Positions 36,660-45,764 of a DNA stretch of 64,000 nt are shown here, one piece after another (within the stretch, counting starts at the first letter, position 1; each line of letters opens with the position of its first letter). The DNA comes from Candidatus Omnitrophota bacterium. GTDB taxonomy: Bacteria; Omnitrophota; Gorgyraeia; Duberdicusellales; 4484-171. The notes beneath the pieces were generated by a model that was given only the letters and a program-made list of their open reading frames with translations, had not been told where the DNA came from and did not search any database. Both the position numbers and the translations under genes were made by a program. The DNA lies in NCBI GenBank assembly GCA_043823745.1, contig JBDRAN010000056.1, forward strand, positions 5,144-69,143, written 5' to 3'.

Positions 36660-36995
36660 ATGTTTACCCTCACCGCCCGCGAGCGTAAGGCGTTACTTTT
36701 TATCGCACTGGTGATCATCGTCGGCGCGGCTGTGCGATACTACTGGATTAAAACAAAAACAAACGCCCCAGTTTCTTACGTAGAGCGGCAGGCCGCACCC
36801 ACCACGCTTATTAATGTCAATAACGCGCACGCGGAAGATTTAGAAAAAATTCCCGGCATCGGACCGGAACTTGCCCGTCGTATCATTGCGTTTCGCGCTC
36901 AAAACGGCACATTCAAAACACTTTCAGATCTAACGAAGATAAAAGGTATTGGCGCTAAGAAAGTGAAGGCGATAGAGAAGTATATTGCTTTTTAG
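36660..36995 (+). CDS. comEA: ComEA-family HhH DNA-binding protein
   Basis: TM anchor, INVNNA..EDLEKIPGIGP.LA.RII, KIKGIG. Confidence 0.9.
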   Translation: MFTLTARERKALLFIALVIIVGAAVRYYWIKTKTNAPVSYVERQAAPTTLINVNNAHAEDLEKIPGIGPELARRIIAFRAQNGTFKTLSDLTKIKGIGAKKVKAIEKYIAF

Positions 36996-37109
36996 CTCTT
37001 GGTTTTGGCCAAAAGAAAAAGCCAAGCCACGGCCCTCTGGCCAGCAGCTTACAGCTATTAGCCATGACGACGGATACAAACGCTGGAGACTGAAAGCTTA
37101 TCCTTAAGT

Positions 37110-38537
37110 ATGTTACAAACAATCTTTAAGCCCCGTCACCTTAACCTCTGGCTTTTTATTGCAGTTGCTTGTGGTATTGTCCTTGCTTCATGGGTGAATT
37201 TTTTTTGGGTGTTTCTGTTTCTTGCACTCGCAGCTGTCTGTGCGGTTTTTTTCTTTCATAAAAAAAATCGTTTCATTGCCTCCGATATTTCTATCCTTTT
37301 TTTATTTGTAAGCCTCGGCGCTACGCTTGCAAGTGCGTCCTATCAGGATCCGGAGGCATTATTGGAACGCGCGCTTACCTATGAAGTCGCGGTAACTTCT
37401 TTGCCGCAAATCCAAGGCCCGCGCCATGTTTTTACCGCCACTGCTACTGCCTGCGGTATTCGTCTAGCCCGGCCGGTGCGCGTGGTTGATTATACCCGTT
37501 CCATGGAGTTTCGTGCGACCTATAAAGTTTTGGCGACCTTGCGTGCGCGTATCTATGAGGGGAATTCATTTTATACGTTGTGGATAAAGTCAAATGCTTC
37601 GCCTATTTCGCAACCAATGAACGTGGTTGATAGGTTTAACCAGAAAACAGCGCTTTATGTGCTTGATGTTTTTAAGAAAAACGTAAGCGAGGAAGGGTAT
37701 CGTTTTCTTTCCTCGGTATTTTTGGGCAGGCGCGAACTCTTTCGGGAGGGAGGCCGAATTTTTACTGATGCAGGTATCGCGCACCTGCTTGCTATCAGCG
37801 GTTCGAATATCGCGCTTACCGGCCTTGTTTTCTTTTTTATCGCGCGCATGTTTTATATGCCATACCGGCCGGCGATTATTACGTCCCTTATTTTTATCAT
37901 TATCTATACGGTTATCAGCGGCGCTAATCTTCCGACGGTACGCGCGACGCTGATGTACTCTATTTTTACCGCAGGGTTTTTTTTGCAACGTAAGATAAAC
38001 CCTTTTAATTCATTAGGCCTTGCGGGCCTGGTGTGCTTATTGCTGAATCCCGCCTCGCTGTACGACGTGGGGTTCCAGTTGTCGTTCCTCTCGGTTGGGT
38101 CGCTGATTGCCGGATTTAAAATCTTTCCTTTTCGTGCTACGCGTTTTGCGTTCATCAATGGTGCGGCCTATACTTTGTTTTCGTCGGTTTATGTTTCGAT
38201 TGTAATCCTACCCCTTGTTTCGCACTATTTTGGCAGGGTGTATTGCGCCGGGATTCTTTATAACGTGATCCTGATCCCTTTTTTCAGCGGTATTTTAATC
38301 ATTAATTTTCTGCTCTTGATTTTTTCTCCCTTTGCGCCTCTCGCGCAGGCTATCGGCGCGGTACTTTCGCTGCTTATATATGTATTCGATATTCTCGCTG
38401 CCCGCCTCGGGGGCTTGAGGTTCTCGTTTATTGATTTTACCTTTCCGTTGTGGTTGGTCACCGTATATTATGTGTTGCTTATTGTGTTTCTATGGTATTG
38501 GTATCGTTCTCCTCGCCATCGACAGCATGGCCTGTAG
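37110..38537 (+). CDS. comEC: ComEC/Rec2 competence protein (no C-terminal metallo-beta-lactamase domain)
   Basis: GIAHLLAISGSN, PTVRATLM, DVGFQLSF; multiple TM helices; adjacent to comEA. Confidence 0.88.
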   Translation: MLQTIFKPRHLNLWLFIAVACGIVLASWVNFFWVFLFLALAAVCAVFFFHKKNRFIASDISILFLFVSLGATLASASYQDPEALLERALTYEVAVTSLPQIQGPRHVFTATATACGIRLARPVRVVDYTRSMEFRATYKVLATLRARIYEGNSFYTLWIKSNASPISQPMNVVDRFNQKTALYVLDVFKKNVSEEGYRFLSSVFLGRRELFREGGRIFTDAGIAHLLAISGSNIALTGLVFFFIARMFYMPYRPAIITSLIFIIIYTVISGANLPTVRATLMYSIFTAGFFLQRKINPFNSLGLAGLVCLLLNPASLYDVGFQLSFLSVGSLIAGFKIFPFRATRFAFINGAAYTLFSSVYVSIVILPLVSHYFGRVYCAGILYNVILIPFFSGILIINFLLLIFSPFAPLAQAIGAVLSLLIYVFDILAARLGGLRFSFIDFTFPLWLVTVYYVLLIVFLWYWYRSPRHRQHGL

Positions 38538-38550
38538 CTTTGACTTAAGG

Positions 38551-38750
38551 AAGTCAAACTACGGCCCTCTGGCCGGGGGCTTTGGCTATGTACCTCGCGC
38601 TTAAAGGTATTGCGCGAGCATTGCCCCTCTGGGCAAGAAGTCAAACTACGGCCCTCTGGCCGGTGGCTTTGGCTATGTACCTCGCGCTTAAAGGTATTGC
38701 GCGAGCATTGCCCCTCTGGGCAAGAAGTCAAACTACGGCCCTCTGGCCGG
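38551..38750. repeat. 87-bp tandem repeat (about 2.3 copies) of GGCC-CTCT-GGCC/GCCC-CTCT-GGGC hairpins
   Basis: Units start at 38551, 38638 and 38725 and are near-identical. Confidence 0.9.
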
Positions 38751-38787
38751 TAGCTCGGAGCTTATATCTGACAGTTCTTTATTTGGT

Positions 38788-38816
38788 TTGACAAAAAGCC
38801 TCGATTTTGATATAGT
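38788..38816 (+). promoter_or_regulatory. Sigma70 promoter of the bamD-lptE-holA operon
   Basis: TTGACA-17 nt-TATAGT. Confidence 0.7.
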
Positions 38817-38893
38817 TTTTAAGATTTACCCCCCTGATACCCGCTCGTACGGCGTCACGAACGCATAGGCGGGAAGGAGTGATTATTACTATC

Positions 38894-40429
38894 ATGAAAA
38901 AGAAAGTTTTTATCTTCTCGCTTTTATGTTTTTTTTGTTTAAACGCCTATTCGTTTTGGATCTGGTCTCCTAAAACCCAGAAGTGGAAAAATCCAAAATA
39001 TTCTCCGTTGGCAACTCCCTTTTTACAATTTAAAGAAGGTGAGAAGTATTTTGAGGCCAGCGAATATAAGGAAGCATCCGCTGCCTTTAAGAAGCTTCTT
39101 ATTCATTATCCTGATTCCCAGGAGGCCGCAGAATCTCAGTATTATCTTGGCCGATGCCTCGAGGAGATGGGCCAGCCATATCAGGCGTTTCTTGAGTATC
39201 AGAAAGTCATTGACTCATACCCAAACTCCAAGCGCATCAATGAGGCGGTAGAGCGGGAGTATAAAATTGGCGAATATTTCTTGAATCGCGAGTCAAAGCA
39301 ATGGATGGGTGTTACGTTGTATGATTTTGTAGAGCACCCATCGATTGAGATTTTTAAGAAGATTGTTGAGAAGGTCCCTTATTCGGCTCAAGCATCGCAG
39401 GCGGAATATAAATTAGGGCTGTTGCTTATGAAGTTGAGCCGTTTTGATGAAGCGCGAGAAACATTTCAGAAAGTTCTTGATAACTATCCTGATAGCGAAT
39501 GGGCAACGCCGTCGCGATATCAACTGGCAATCGCGACCTCTAAAGCTTCGCCCGGTGTGGGGTATGATTCAACGACGCTGCAGGAGGCTTCAAGGCGCCT
39601 GGATGAGTTTATTAAAAAGCATCCGGATGCTCAGATTTCCTCGCAGGCCGAAGAGCAATTAAAAGAGTTGCGCAATAAAGAAGCGAGGAAAAACTTCGAT
39701 ATTGCTAGTTTTTACGAAAACCAGGATAAATATGAGAGCGCGATTCTTTATTATAAAATGGTGTCCACGCGTTATCCGGACTCTGACTACAATCAGCCCG
39801 CGTTGGAAAAAATAAAAGAATTAAGTCCGCTAGCTGAAGGAAATCTTACTAAGAAAGAGTTTCTTGAGCAGGCGAAACAAGAAGAGCAGGAACGTATTCG
39901 GCAGGCCAAAGAAGCGAAAGCCGGCGAGCGATACCTCCAGAGAGAGAAAAAAAGAGTAGATGCCCTTGCGCGTAAGCACGCGATTATTCAAAAGAATAAA
40001 GAGGAAAAACAGAAAACGGTAGAAGAAAAGAAGGAAAAAAAGAAGAATGCAGCCCAGAAGAAAAAAGCGCTCAAAGCGCAGCAAACTCAGCAGAAGCTCG
40101 AAACGCGCGCCCGTAAGGAAAAAATAAAACAGGAGCTTGCCGCGCAAAAGAAAGCAGAAGCGCAAGGCGCGCTCCGCAAAAAGCGCGAGCGAAAAGAACT
40201 TAAACAGCTGGAAAAGGCTGTGGCAAGAAAAGCTTCACAAACAAAATCTAAGAAAAAGACAATATTTAATTTTTGGAAGTCATCGGTGCGGGAGCCTGCG
40301 ACAACAAACTTCGAGCCTGTGGCTGTCGATGTGGACGAGGCAGCCGCGCAAAAAACTCAAGCGTCAGAAAACGTATCTTCCGCAGAGCTCGCGGCAGGAC
40401 TACCGCAAGGCAGTGAGGTGGAAGAATGA
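38894..40429 (+). CDS. bamD: BamD-like TPR outer-membrane assembly factor with long charged C-terminal extension
   Basis: Repeated YPDS/YPNS TPR caps, F..KHPD, EARKNFDIASFY..Y.SA..YY; upstream of lptE-holA. Confidence 0.75.
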   Translation: MKKKVFIFSLLCFFCLNAYSFWIWSPKTQKWKNPKYSPLATPFLQFKEGEKYFEASEYKEASAAFKKLLIHYPDSQEAAESQYYLGRCLEEMGQPYQAFLEYQKVIDSYPNSKRINEAVEREYKIGEYFLNRESKQWMGVTLYDFVEHPSIEIFKKIVEKVPYSAQASQAEYKLGLLLMKLSRFDEARETFQKVLDNYPDSEWATPSRYQLAIATSKASPGVGYDSTTLQEASRRLDEFIKKHPDAQISSQAEEQLKELRNKEARKNFDIASFYENQDKYESAILYYKMVSTRYPDSDYNQPALEKIKELSPLAEGNLTKKEFLEQAKQEEQERIRQAKEAKAGERYLQREKKRVDALARKHAIIQKNKEEKQKTVEEKKEKKKNAAQKKKALKAQQTQQKLETRARKEKIKQELAAQKKAEAQGALRKKRERKELKQLEKAVARKASQTKSKKKTIFNFWKSSVREPATTNFEPVAVDVDEAAAQKTQASENVSSAELAAGLPQGSEVEE

Positions 40430-40950
40430 CGAAGTGGCTGTGGGGTGTTGTATTGGTCGTAAGTCTTTCCGGGTGTGGATACACCACGAAAGGGTTCGTG
40501 TATGAACATGATCGGATTGTCGTTGTGCCGGCGGTCGATAAAATCAGCATTACCGCTGAAAACAGAAAATATTCCCAGTACCAAAGTTATCCCGTGCTGC
40601 TTGAGAAACGTTTTACGAGTGTGCTTGTCGGACGGTTTAACCGCGACGGCCATTTAAAAGTGACGAGTAATAAAGCTGACGCACTTCTCTTGGAATGTGT
40701 TATCACCGATTATCAAAAAGAAGCGGTGCGATATTCCGACAGCGATGACGTGAGAGAGCAGCGCCTGCGTCTGCATGTGCTGATGAAGTTATCGAATGCC
40801 CGGGGCGAGACGATAAAAGAGCGTGATGTGGTGGGCGAATCAAGTTTCTTTCTTGTCGGACCAAACCGCAAAAGCGAAGCGGTTGCCCAGGGTGAACTTA
40901 TCGATGACGCCGCCCGTAGAATCGTGGAAGCAGTTGTTGAAGAATGGTAA
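40426..40950 (+). CDS. lptE: LPS-assembly lipoprotein LptE-like
   Basis: Lipobox LSGCGY, C-terminal DAARRIVEAVVEEW, synteny with holA. Confidence 0.8.
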   Translation: MTKWLWGVVLVVSLSGCGYTTKGFVYEHDRIVVVPAVDKISITAENRKYSQYQSYPVLLEKRFTSVLVGRFNRDGHLKVTSNKADALLLECVITDYQKEAVRYSDSDDVREQRLRLHVLMKLSNARGETIKERDVVGESSFFLVGPNRKSEAVAQGELIDDAARRIVEAVVEEW

Positions 40951-41633
40951 CGCTTCAAGAGAGACTCTTTTTAATTACCGGCCCCCAATTCTCGCAACGC
41001 CAGCGAGCCCTCGAGGTTATAAAAAAGAAAGTCTTCAGAGATCTTTCCGCATTTAATCTTCTTACCTTTTACGCCGACGATATTGAACTTAACGATTTTA
41101 GCGAGAAGGTCCTGACTGTTTCTTTTGAGGGCGCACGGATTATTCTTATCAGAGACGCGTTACGTTTATCAGCCGAAGTCCGCCAATTTATTTTTGAGAA
41201 TATAAAGAAAATAATTCTTTCAAATTGTATCGCGCTTGAGGTGGAGAAAGAATATAAGCGGTTACAGGAAGAAAAAAAAATTACCACTGATACGCTGTTT
41301 GGTTTGTTCTTCGCGCAGGCCACGATTCTTAAAACGGCGCCCGCCCTCGATGAGCAGGTGACCTTTGAAACCTTCAAAACAAATCTCTTTCGTCGGGACC
41401 TTCCCGGCTCACTCTATGCGCTCCAGGCACTTTTTTCGCAGCGGACGCGCGATGACCGACTCGGGCTTCAGATTTTGGGCCTCTTAATCTCGGCAGGCGC
41501 TCAGGAACGTGACCCCGGGAAAAAGGAAAAAAAAATGATTTATTTGTGGGAAGCGGATAGGGCGATCAAGGAAAAGGGGATAGACTCGCAGACGGTTCTT
41601 TCCGTGGCCCTGACAAAGATACTTAACACATAA
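40944..41633 (+). CDS. holA: DNA polymerase III delta subunit (short, divergent)
   Basis: LFLITG, FNLLTFYA, R.ILIRDA..L, EADRAIK; lptE-holA-rpsT synteny. Confidence 0.65.
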   Translation: MVTLQERLFLITGPQFSQRQRALEVIKKKVFRDLSAFNLLTFYADDIELNDFSEKVLTVSFEGARIILIRDALRLSAEVRQFIFENIKKIILSNCIALEVEKEYKRLQEEKKITTDTLFGLFFAQATILKTAPALDEQVTFETFKTNLFRRDLPGSLYALQALFSQRTRDDRLGLQILGLLISAGAQERDPGKKEKKMIYLWEADRAIKEKGIDSQTVLSVALTKILNT

Positions 41634-41690
41634 AACCTTAGCAATGTTCCTGCCTGTAGGCAGGAACGCGTGAATGCTTTGAATTGATGG

Positions 41691-41960
41691 TTATGCTTTA
41701 GACTGGGTATTGAGGAGTTTCGTGAGACGACTTTTCTTACGTGACGCTTTTCTCGGGTGTATCAGATTCTTTGCGGCAGCTTTGTCTAATATGGTATAGA
41801 CTTCGCGTAACGCCTCGGCCTTTACCTTTGAGTCTTTTTCTTCCAGAGCTTTCTTGAATTTCTTGATTGCCGAGGTAATATTGGCTTTAAGGGAGAGATT
41901 TCTTTTGTGCCTCGTTGCGTTTTGACGTAAATCTTTTTTTGCTGCTTTTCTTTGGGGCAT
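41691..41960 (-). CDS. rpsT: 30S ribosomal protein S20
   Basis: MPQRKAAKKDLRQN..LDKAA.KNLIHPRKASRKKSRL. Confidence 0.95.
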   Translation of the reverse strand: MPQRKAAKKDLRQNATRHKRNLSLKANITSAIKKFKKALEEKDSKVKAEALREVYTILDKAAAKNLIHPRKASRKKSRLTKLLNTQSKA

Positions 41961-42274
41961 ATTTATCTCCTTTTTTCAACGCTAATTTTCACGAATTAAA
42001 GACGAATTCCCACGAATGAAAAGTGGTAATCCGTATCTACGGTACCGTAATAGAGTAAAATTTTATAGGAATAAGCTAAAAGTGTCAAGGGGTTTGTTGT
42101 GCTCTACAAGCTACAAGCCCCAGGTTTAAAGAGCAAAGGGTTTGCTGTTGAGGCTTGTACCTTGCGATTTGTAACCTGTGGCTTTGGCATAAGGTTGCCA
42201 AACCACGGCCCTCTGGCCTGTGGCTTTGGCTCATGGAACGAACCCACGGCCCTCTGGCCTGTGGCTTTGCAAAA

Positions 42275-43837
42275 ATGTTCAAAAAAGTCATAAAAAATAC
42301 AACTATTATCAGCGCGGGGACGCTTGCGTCACGGGTTCTGGGGTTTATCCGGGATATCTTGATCGCGCGCTTTTTCGGGACTTCGGATATTCTCGAGGCT
42401 TTTTTGGTGGCGTTTCGACTACCCAATATATTTCGCAGCATCTTTGCTGAAGGGTTCACCGACTCGGTGGCAACACCGGTGCTTTCGGAATATCAGAATG
42501 AGCGGGAGAAGCTTTTTGAGGTGGGCAATCATCTCTTGCTCATCTTTTCCATTGTTCTTTCCTGTTTTACAATACTTGGCATTGTTTTTAGCAAGTACCT
42601 TGTATTGGGATTTGCGCCCGGATATGCCGCAAATGTAGAAAAATTTACGCTTGCGGTCTCTTTTACGAAAATTACCTTTATATATCTTTTGTTGATCAGC
42701 CTCTCGAGTATTGCGGTTTCTATTCTCTATGCCCTCAAAAAATTCTTTGTACCCGCGATCAATCCTATATTTCTCAATGTTGTGTTTATTCCGGGGATAC
42801 TTCTGTTTGGTAATTCTTTAAAGACCTATATCCTTGTTATATGCGTGCTGGTGGCAGGGTTTTTTGAATTGCTTTTTCCCTGCGTAGCGCTCGCGCGATA
42901 CGGATTTGTTTTTACGTTCGTGCGCCAAATACGGGATATTCGCGTAAGCGTGGCTACGGCGTTTCGGGATCCTACGATACGCAGAATGCTGAAGTTATTT
43001 CTGCCGCGTGTCTGGTCAAGCGTCGTTTACCATCTGAACGTTTTTCTTGATACGGTATTCGCATCCTTAACATTCATTACCGGCGCCGGCGCGCTTGCCG
43101 GCATTTATTATGCTAACCGGCTCATCCAATTTCCGTTTGCATTGATCGCGCTTGCGATTGCTCCGGTGATCGTCGTTGACTTTTCTTCCTATCATAAGGA
43201 AGGAAACACTCAGGATTTTAAGAAACTTCTCGTTTTTTCATTTCAAAACATTGTTTTCTTTATCGTTCCTGTTTCGGTTGTTTTCGTTTGCATCCCCGAC
43301 ATTATTCTTGATGTCCTTTTTAAGCGCGGGGAGTTTGGCGTTTCATCTCTTGCGATTACGTCGTCGGTTCTTTTCTTCTATTCGTTCGGACTTTTTTTCT
43401 TCTGTCTCATAAAGCTTTTTGTTACTACGTTTTATTCACTTAAAGATACGGTGACTCCCGCGCGCACCGCTACGATCGCGCTTATTATCAACGGCGTCGC
43501 AAGCGCCATACTGATGTTTCCGCTTAAAATCGGCGGCGTGGCGCTTGGAACAAGTCTTGCCGCAATTGTTAACTGTATTCTTTTATACCGAGCTTTGACC
43601 AGGCGGCTTGGGGTGATTGACTGGGGGGATACCGGCAGCCAGTTTATTAAGATTTTAATGGTTAGTGTTCTTTTGGGGGCACTTTCCCGTTTCCTCTGGT
43701 TTATCTTTCCGTTTAATAAGTATTTACGCATTGTTTGTGTCGCCGCAATCTACGGATTTTTCTTTGTGGCAGCAGGCTACCTCTTCAAATTTAAGCAGAT
43801 TCTCTACTGCAAACAATGGATCTTAAAGAAAAGATAA
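42275..43837 (+). CDS. murJ: Lipid II flippase MurJ
   Basis: SRVLGFIRD, AFRLPNIFRSIFAEG, YYANRLIQFP, LFKRGEF. Confidence 0.93.
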   Translation: MFKKVIKNTTIISAGTLASRVLGFIRDILIARFFGTSDILEAFLVAFRLPNIFRSIFAEGFTDSVATPVLSEYQNEREKLFEVGNHLLLIFSIVLSCFTILGIVFSKYLVLGFAPGYAANVEKFTLAVSFTKITFIYLLLISLSSIAVSILYALKKFFVPAINPIFLNVVFIPGILLFGNSLKTYILVICVLVAGFFELLFPCVALARYGFVFTFVRQIRDIRVSVATAFRDPTIRRMLKLFLPRVWSSVVYHLNVFLDTVFASLTFITGAGALAGIYYANRLIQFPFALIALAIAPVIVVDFSSYHKEGNTQDFKKLLVFSFQNIVFFIVPVSVVFVCIPDIILDVLFKRGEFGVSSLAITSSVLFFYSFGLFFFCLIKLFVTTFYSLKDTVTPARTATIALIINGVASAILMFPLKIGGVALGTSLAAIVNCILLYRALTRRLGVIDWGDTGSQFIKILMVSVLLGALSRFLWFIFPFNKYLRIVCVAAIYGFFFVAAGYLFKFKQILYCKQWILKKR

Positions 43838-45033
43838 AAACACTCCCCTCTGTATGCGGCGTCTATATCATGAAGGACGTCGTCGCCCAAACGCTCTATG
43901 TCGGCAAGGCTTCTTCGTTGCGTCGTCGTGTCACGAGCTATTTTTCTCCGAACGTTTCCATTAAAACCGGCCTTTTAGTCGATCATATCGCTGATATCGA
44001 ATATATCGAGTGCTCAAGCGAAGAACAGGCGCTTATTTTAGAGGCTGCGCTTATCAAGGAGCGTCAGCCCCGGTATAACGTCTTATTGCGAGACGACAAG
44101 AGCTATCCGTACGTGGAGATGACGTCTGAATTATTTCCTCGGATATTTGTGTCGCGGCCCCGGCGCAAAACTGTGGGTACTTTTTTTGGCCCGTATCCTG
44201 ACGTAACGAAGGTGCGTGCGGTGTTGGTGATGATACGTAAAATTTTTCCGTATCGATCATGTCGCGTAATGCCTAAAACCGCCTGTCTTTTTTATCACCT
44301 TAGATTATGCTGTGCGCCTTGTATCGGAAAAGTCAACATCACCGATTATGCGGCTATAACGGGTGGCGTTGCGCGGGTTTTGGCCGGAGAGCGCCGCGAG
44401 CTTACCGGGGAGTTGGAAAAGAAGATGATCGAGTTTTCAAGCCAACAGCGTTTCGAAGAAGCCAAATTTGTGCACGAGCAGTTGTTGGCACTTGCCGCAT
44501 TGTATCAGGGCCATGTCCTGACCCATGAGTTGATCGCCTTAAAGGAGGCGCTCGGGCTTTCCGTTGTGCCGCTGGTCATTGAGGCGTTTGATATTTCCTG
44601 TTTAAGCGGCTCGCATGCTACCGGGTCGCTGGTGGTATTTCGTGACGGTGTTCCCGATAAAAATAGCTACCGGCGTTATCGCATTAAAGAAGCCAAAGGC
44701 GTTGATGATTATGCGATGATGCGGGAGGTTGTCAGTCGCCGGTATCGGCGCCTGGTCGCGGAGAAAAAGCCGCTTCCCGACTTAATCATTATCGATGGAG
44801 GAAAGTCCCATGTTGAGGCTGTCGCTGGTGTGCTCGTAGCTGGAGCGCGTACGATTCCGCTTATCGGTATTGCCAAGCGTAATGAAGAGATCTGGTTTCC
44901 GCAGGCAAAAGCCCCACTCCTGATCCCGCGACGCGACGCGAGCCTGAAGCTTATTCAGCGGCTGCGTGATGAAGCGCACCGCTTTGCGCGAAAGTACCAT
45001 TTGTTATTGAGAAGGAAGAGATTTATAAAGTAA
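43816..45033 (+). CDS. uvrC: Excinuclease ABC subunit C (short form)
   Basis: GIY-YIG domain (GVYIM..YVGKA..LR.RV.SYF), EAFDIS, PDLIIIDGG, RDEAHRFA. Confidence 0.9.
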   Translation: MDLKEKIKTLPSVCGVYIMKDVVAQTLYVGKASSLRRRVTSYFSPNVSIKTGLLVDHIADIEYIECSSEEQALILEAALIKERQPRYNVLLRDDKSYPYVEMTSELFPRIFVSRPRRKTVGTFFGPYPDVTKVRAVLVMIRKIFPYRSCRVMPKTACLFYHLRLCCAPCIGKVNITDYAAITGGVARVLAGERRELTGELEKKMIEFSSQQRFEEAKFVHEQLLALAALYQGHVLTHELIALKEALGLSVVPLVIEAFDISCLSGSHATGSLVVFRDGVPDKNSYRRYRIKEAKGVDDYAMMREVVSRRYRRLVAEKKPLPDLIIIDGGKSHVEAVAGVLVAGARTIPLIGIAKRNEEIWFPQAKAPLLIPRRDASLKLIQRLRDEAHRFARKYHLLLRRKRFIK

Positions 45034-45440
45034 ATTAGTATCACGTCGTATGTATCATGTTTTTTTGAGATGTATTATTGATAAGATGTGTTCACGCTGT
45101 ATCATCTCGTCATGCGTTAAACGGTTGCGCAGCCCCTCGCGGGACGCACTGGTGTGCAGCCCCTCGTCGGGACGCACTGTCCACCAGGACGTCCTGCTGG
45201 ACTGGTGTGCAGCCCCCTTCGGGACGCGCTGGTGCGCAGCTCGTTACGTCATACGTATTAAACGGTTGCGTCAAAATACTATTAAAAATCAAGACGATCG
45301 ACGCTTGACGTAACCGATACGAGCTTCGCAACCGATAGACGCAACCCGTTACAACCAATAATAAGAACTGTAAACTTGATTCCAAGACTGTACATTTGAG
45401 ACTTGATACGTGATACTTGTTACGTGTGGCGGAGTAAACG

Positions 45441-45710
45441 GTGACTGATTTCGAAAAAAAAGTACTACGGGTTGTTTCTAAAATCCCGCTCGGTGAGGTG
45501 CGTAGTTATAAATGGGTCGCCGAGCGTTGTGGCTCACCCCGTGCCTGGCGGGCAGTGGCAAACGCTTTGCGTAAGAACCCTTTTGTGGTGTTCATTCCCT
45601 GCCACCGGGTTGTGAAATCATCCCGAATAACCGGGGGGTACGCTCTTGGCGGGGCGTTAAAAAAAGATTTAATAAAATTTGAACAAAAAATACGGGATAT
45701 GATACAATAA
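45441..45710 (+). CDS. O6-alkylguanine DNA alkyltransferase (MGMT C-terminal domain)
   Basis: IPLGEVRSY, RAVANAL..NP, IPCHRVV. Confidence 0.88.
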   Translation: MTDFEKKVLRVVSKIPLGEVRSYKWVAERCGSPRAWRAVANALRKNPFVVFIPCHRVVKSSRITGGYALGGALKKDLIKFEQKIRDMIQ

Positions 45711-45764
45711 ATAAGATTCAGAATATTATCAAAAAAAGTATATTTGTTAGACAGGGGGTACCCA

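Noticed and set aside
38551-38750. Possible CRISPR array
   Set aside because: The sequences between the hairpins are identical rather than unique spacers, the period is 87 bp, and no cas genes are in the window. It is a tandem repeat.
45050-45385. Short ORFs predicted over the repeat region (also 38468-38791, 29327-29578 and 11798-12261)
   Set aside because: They are translations of repeats or tRNAs without RBS or protein-like features. Most other antisense ORFs in the track are shadows of real genes.
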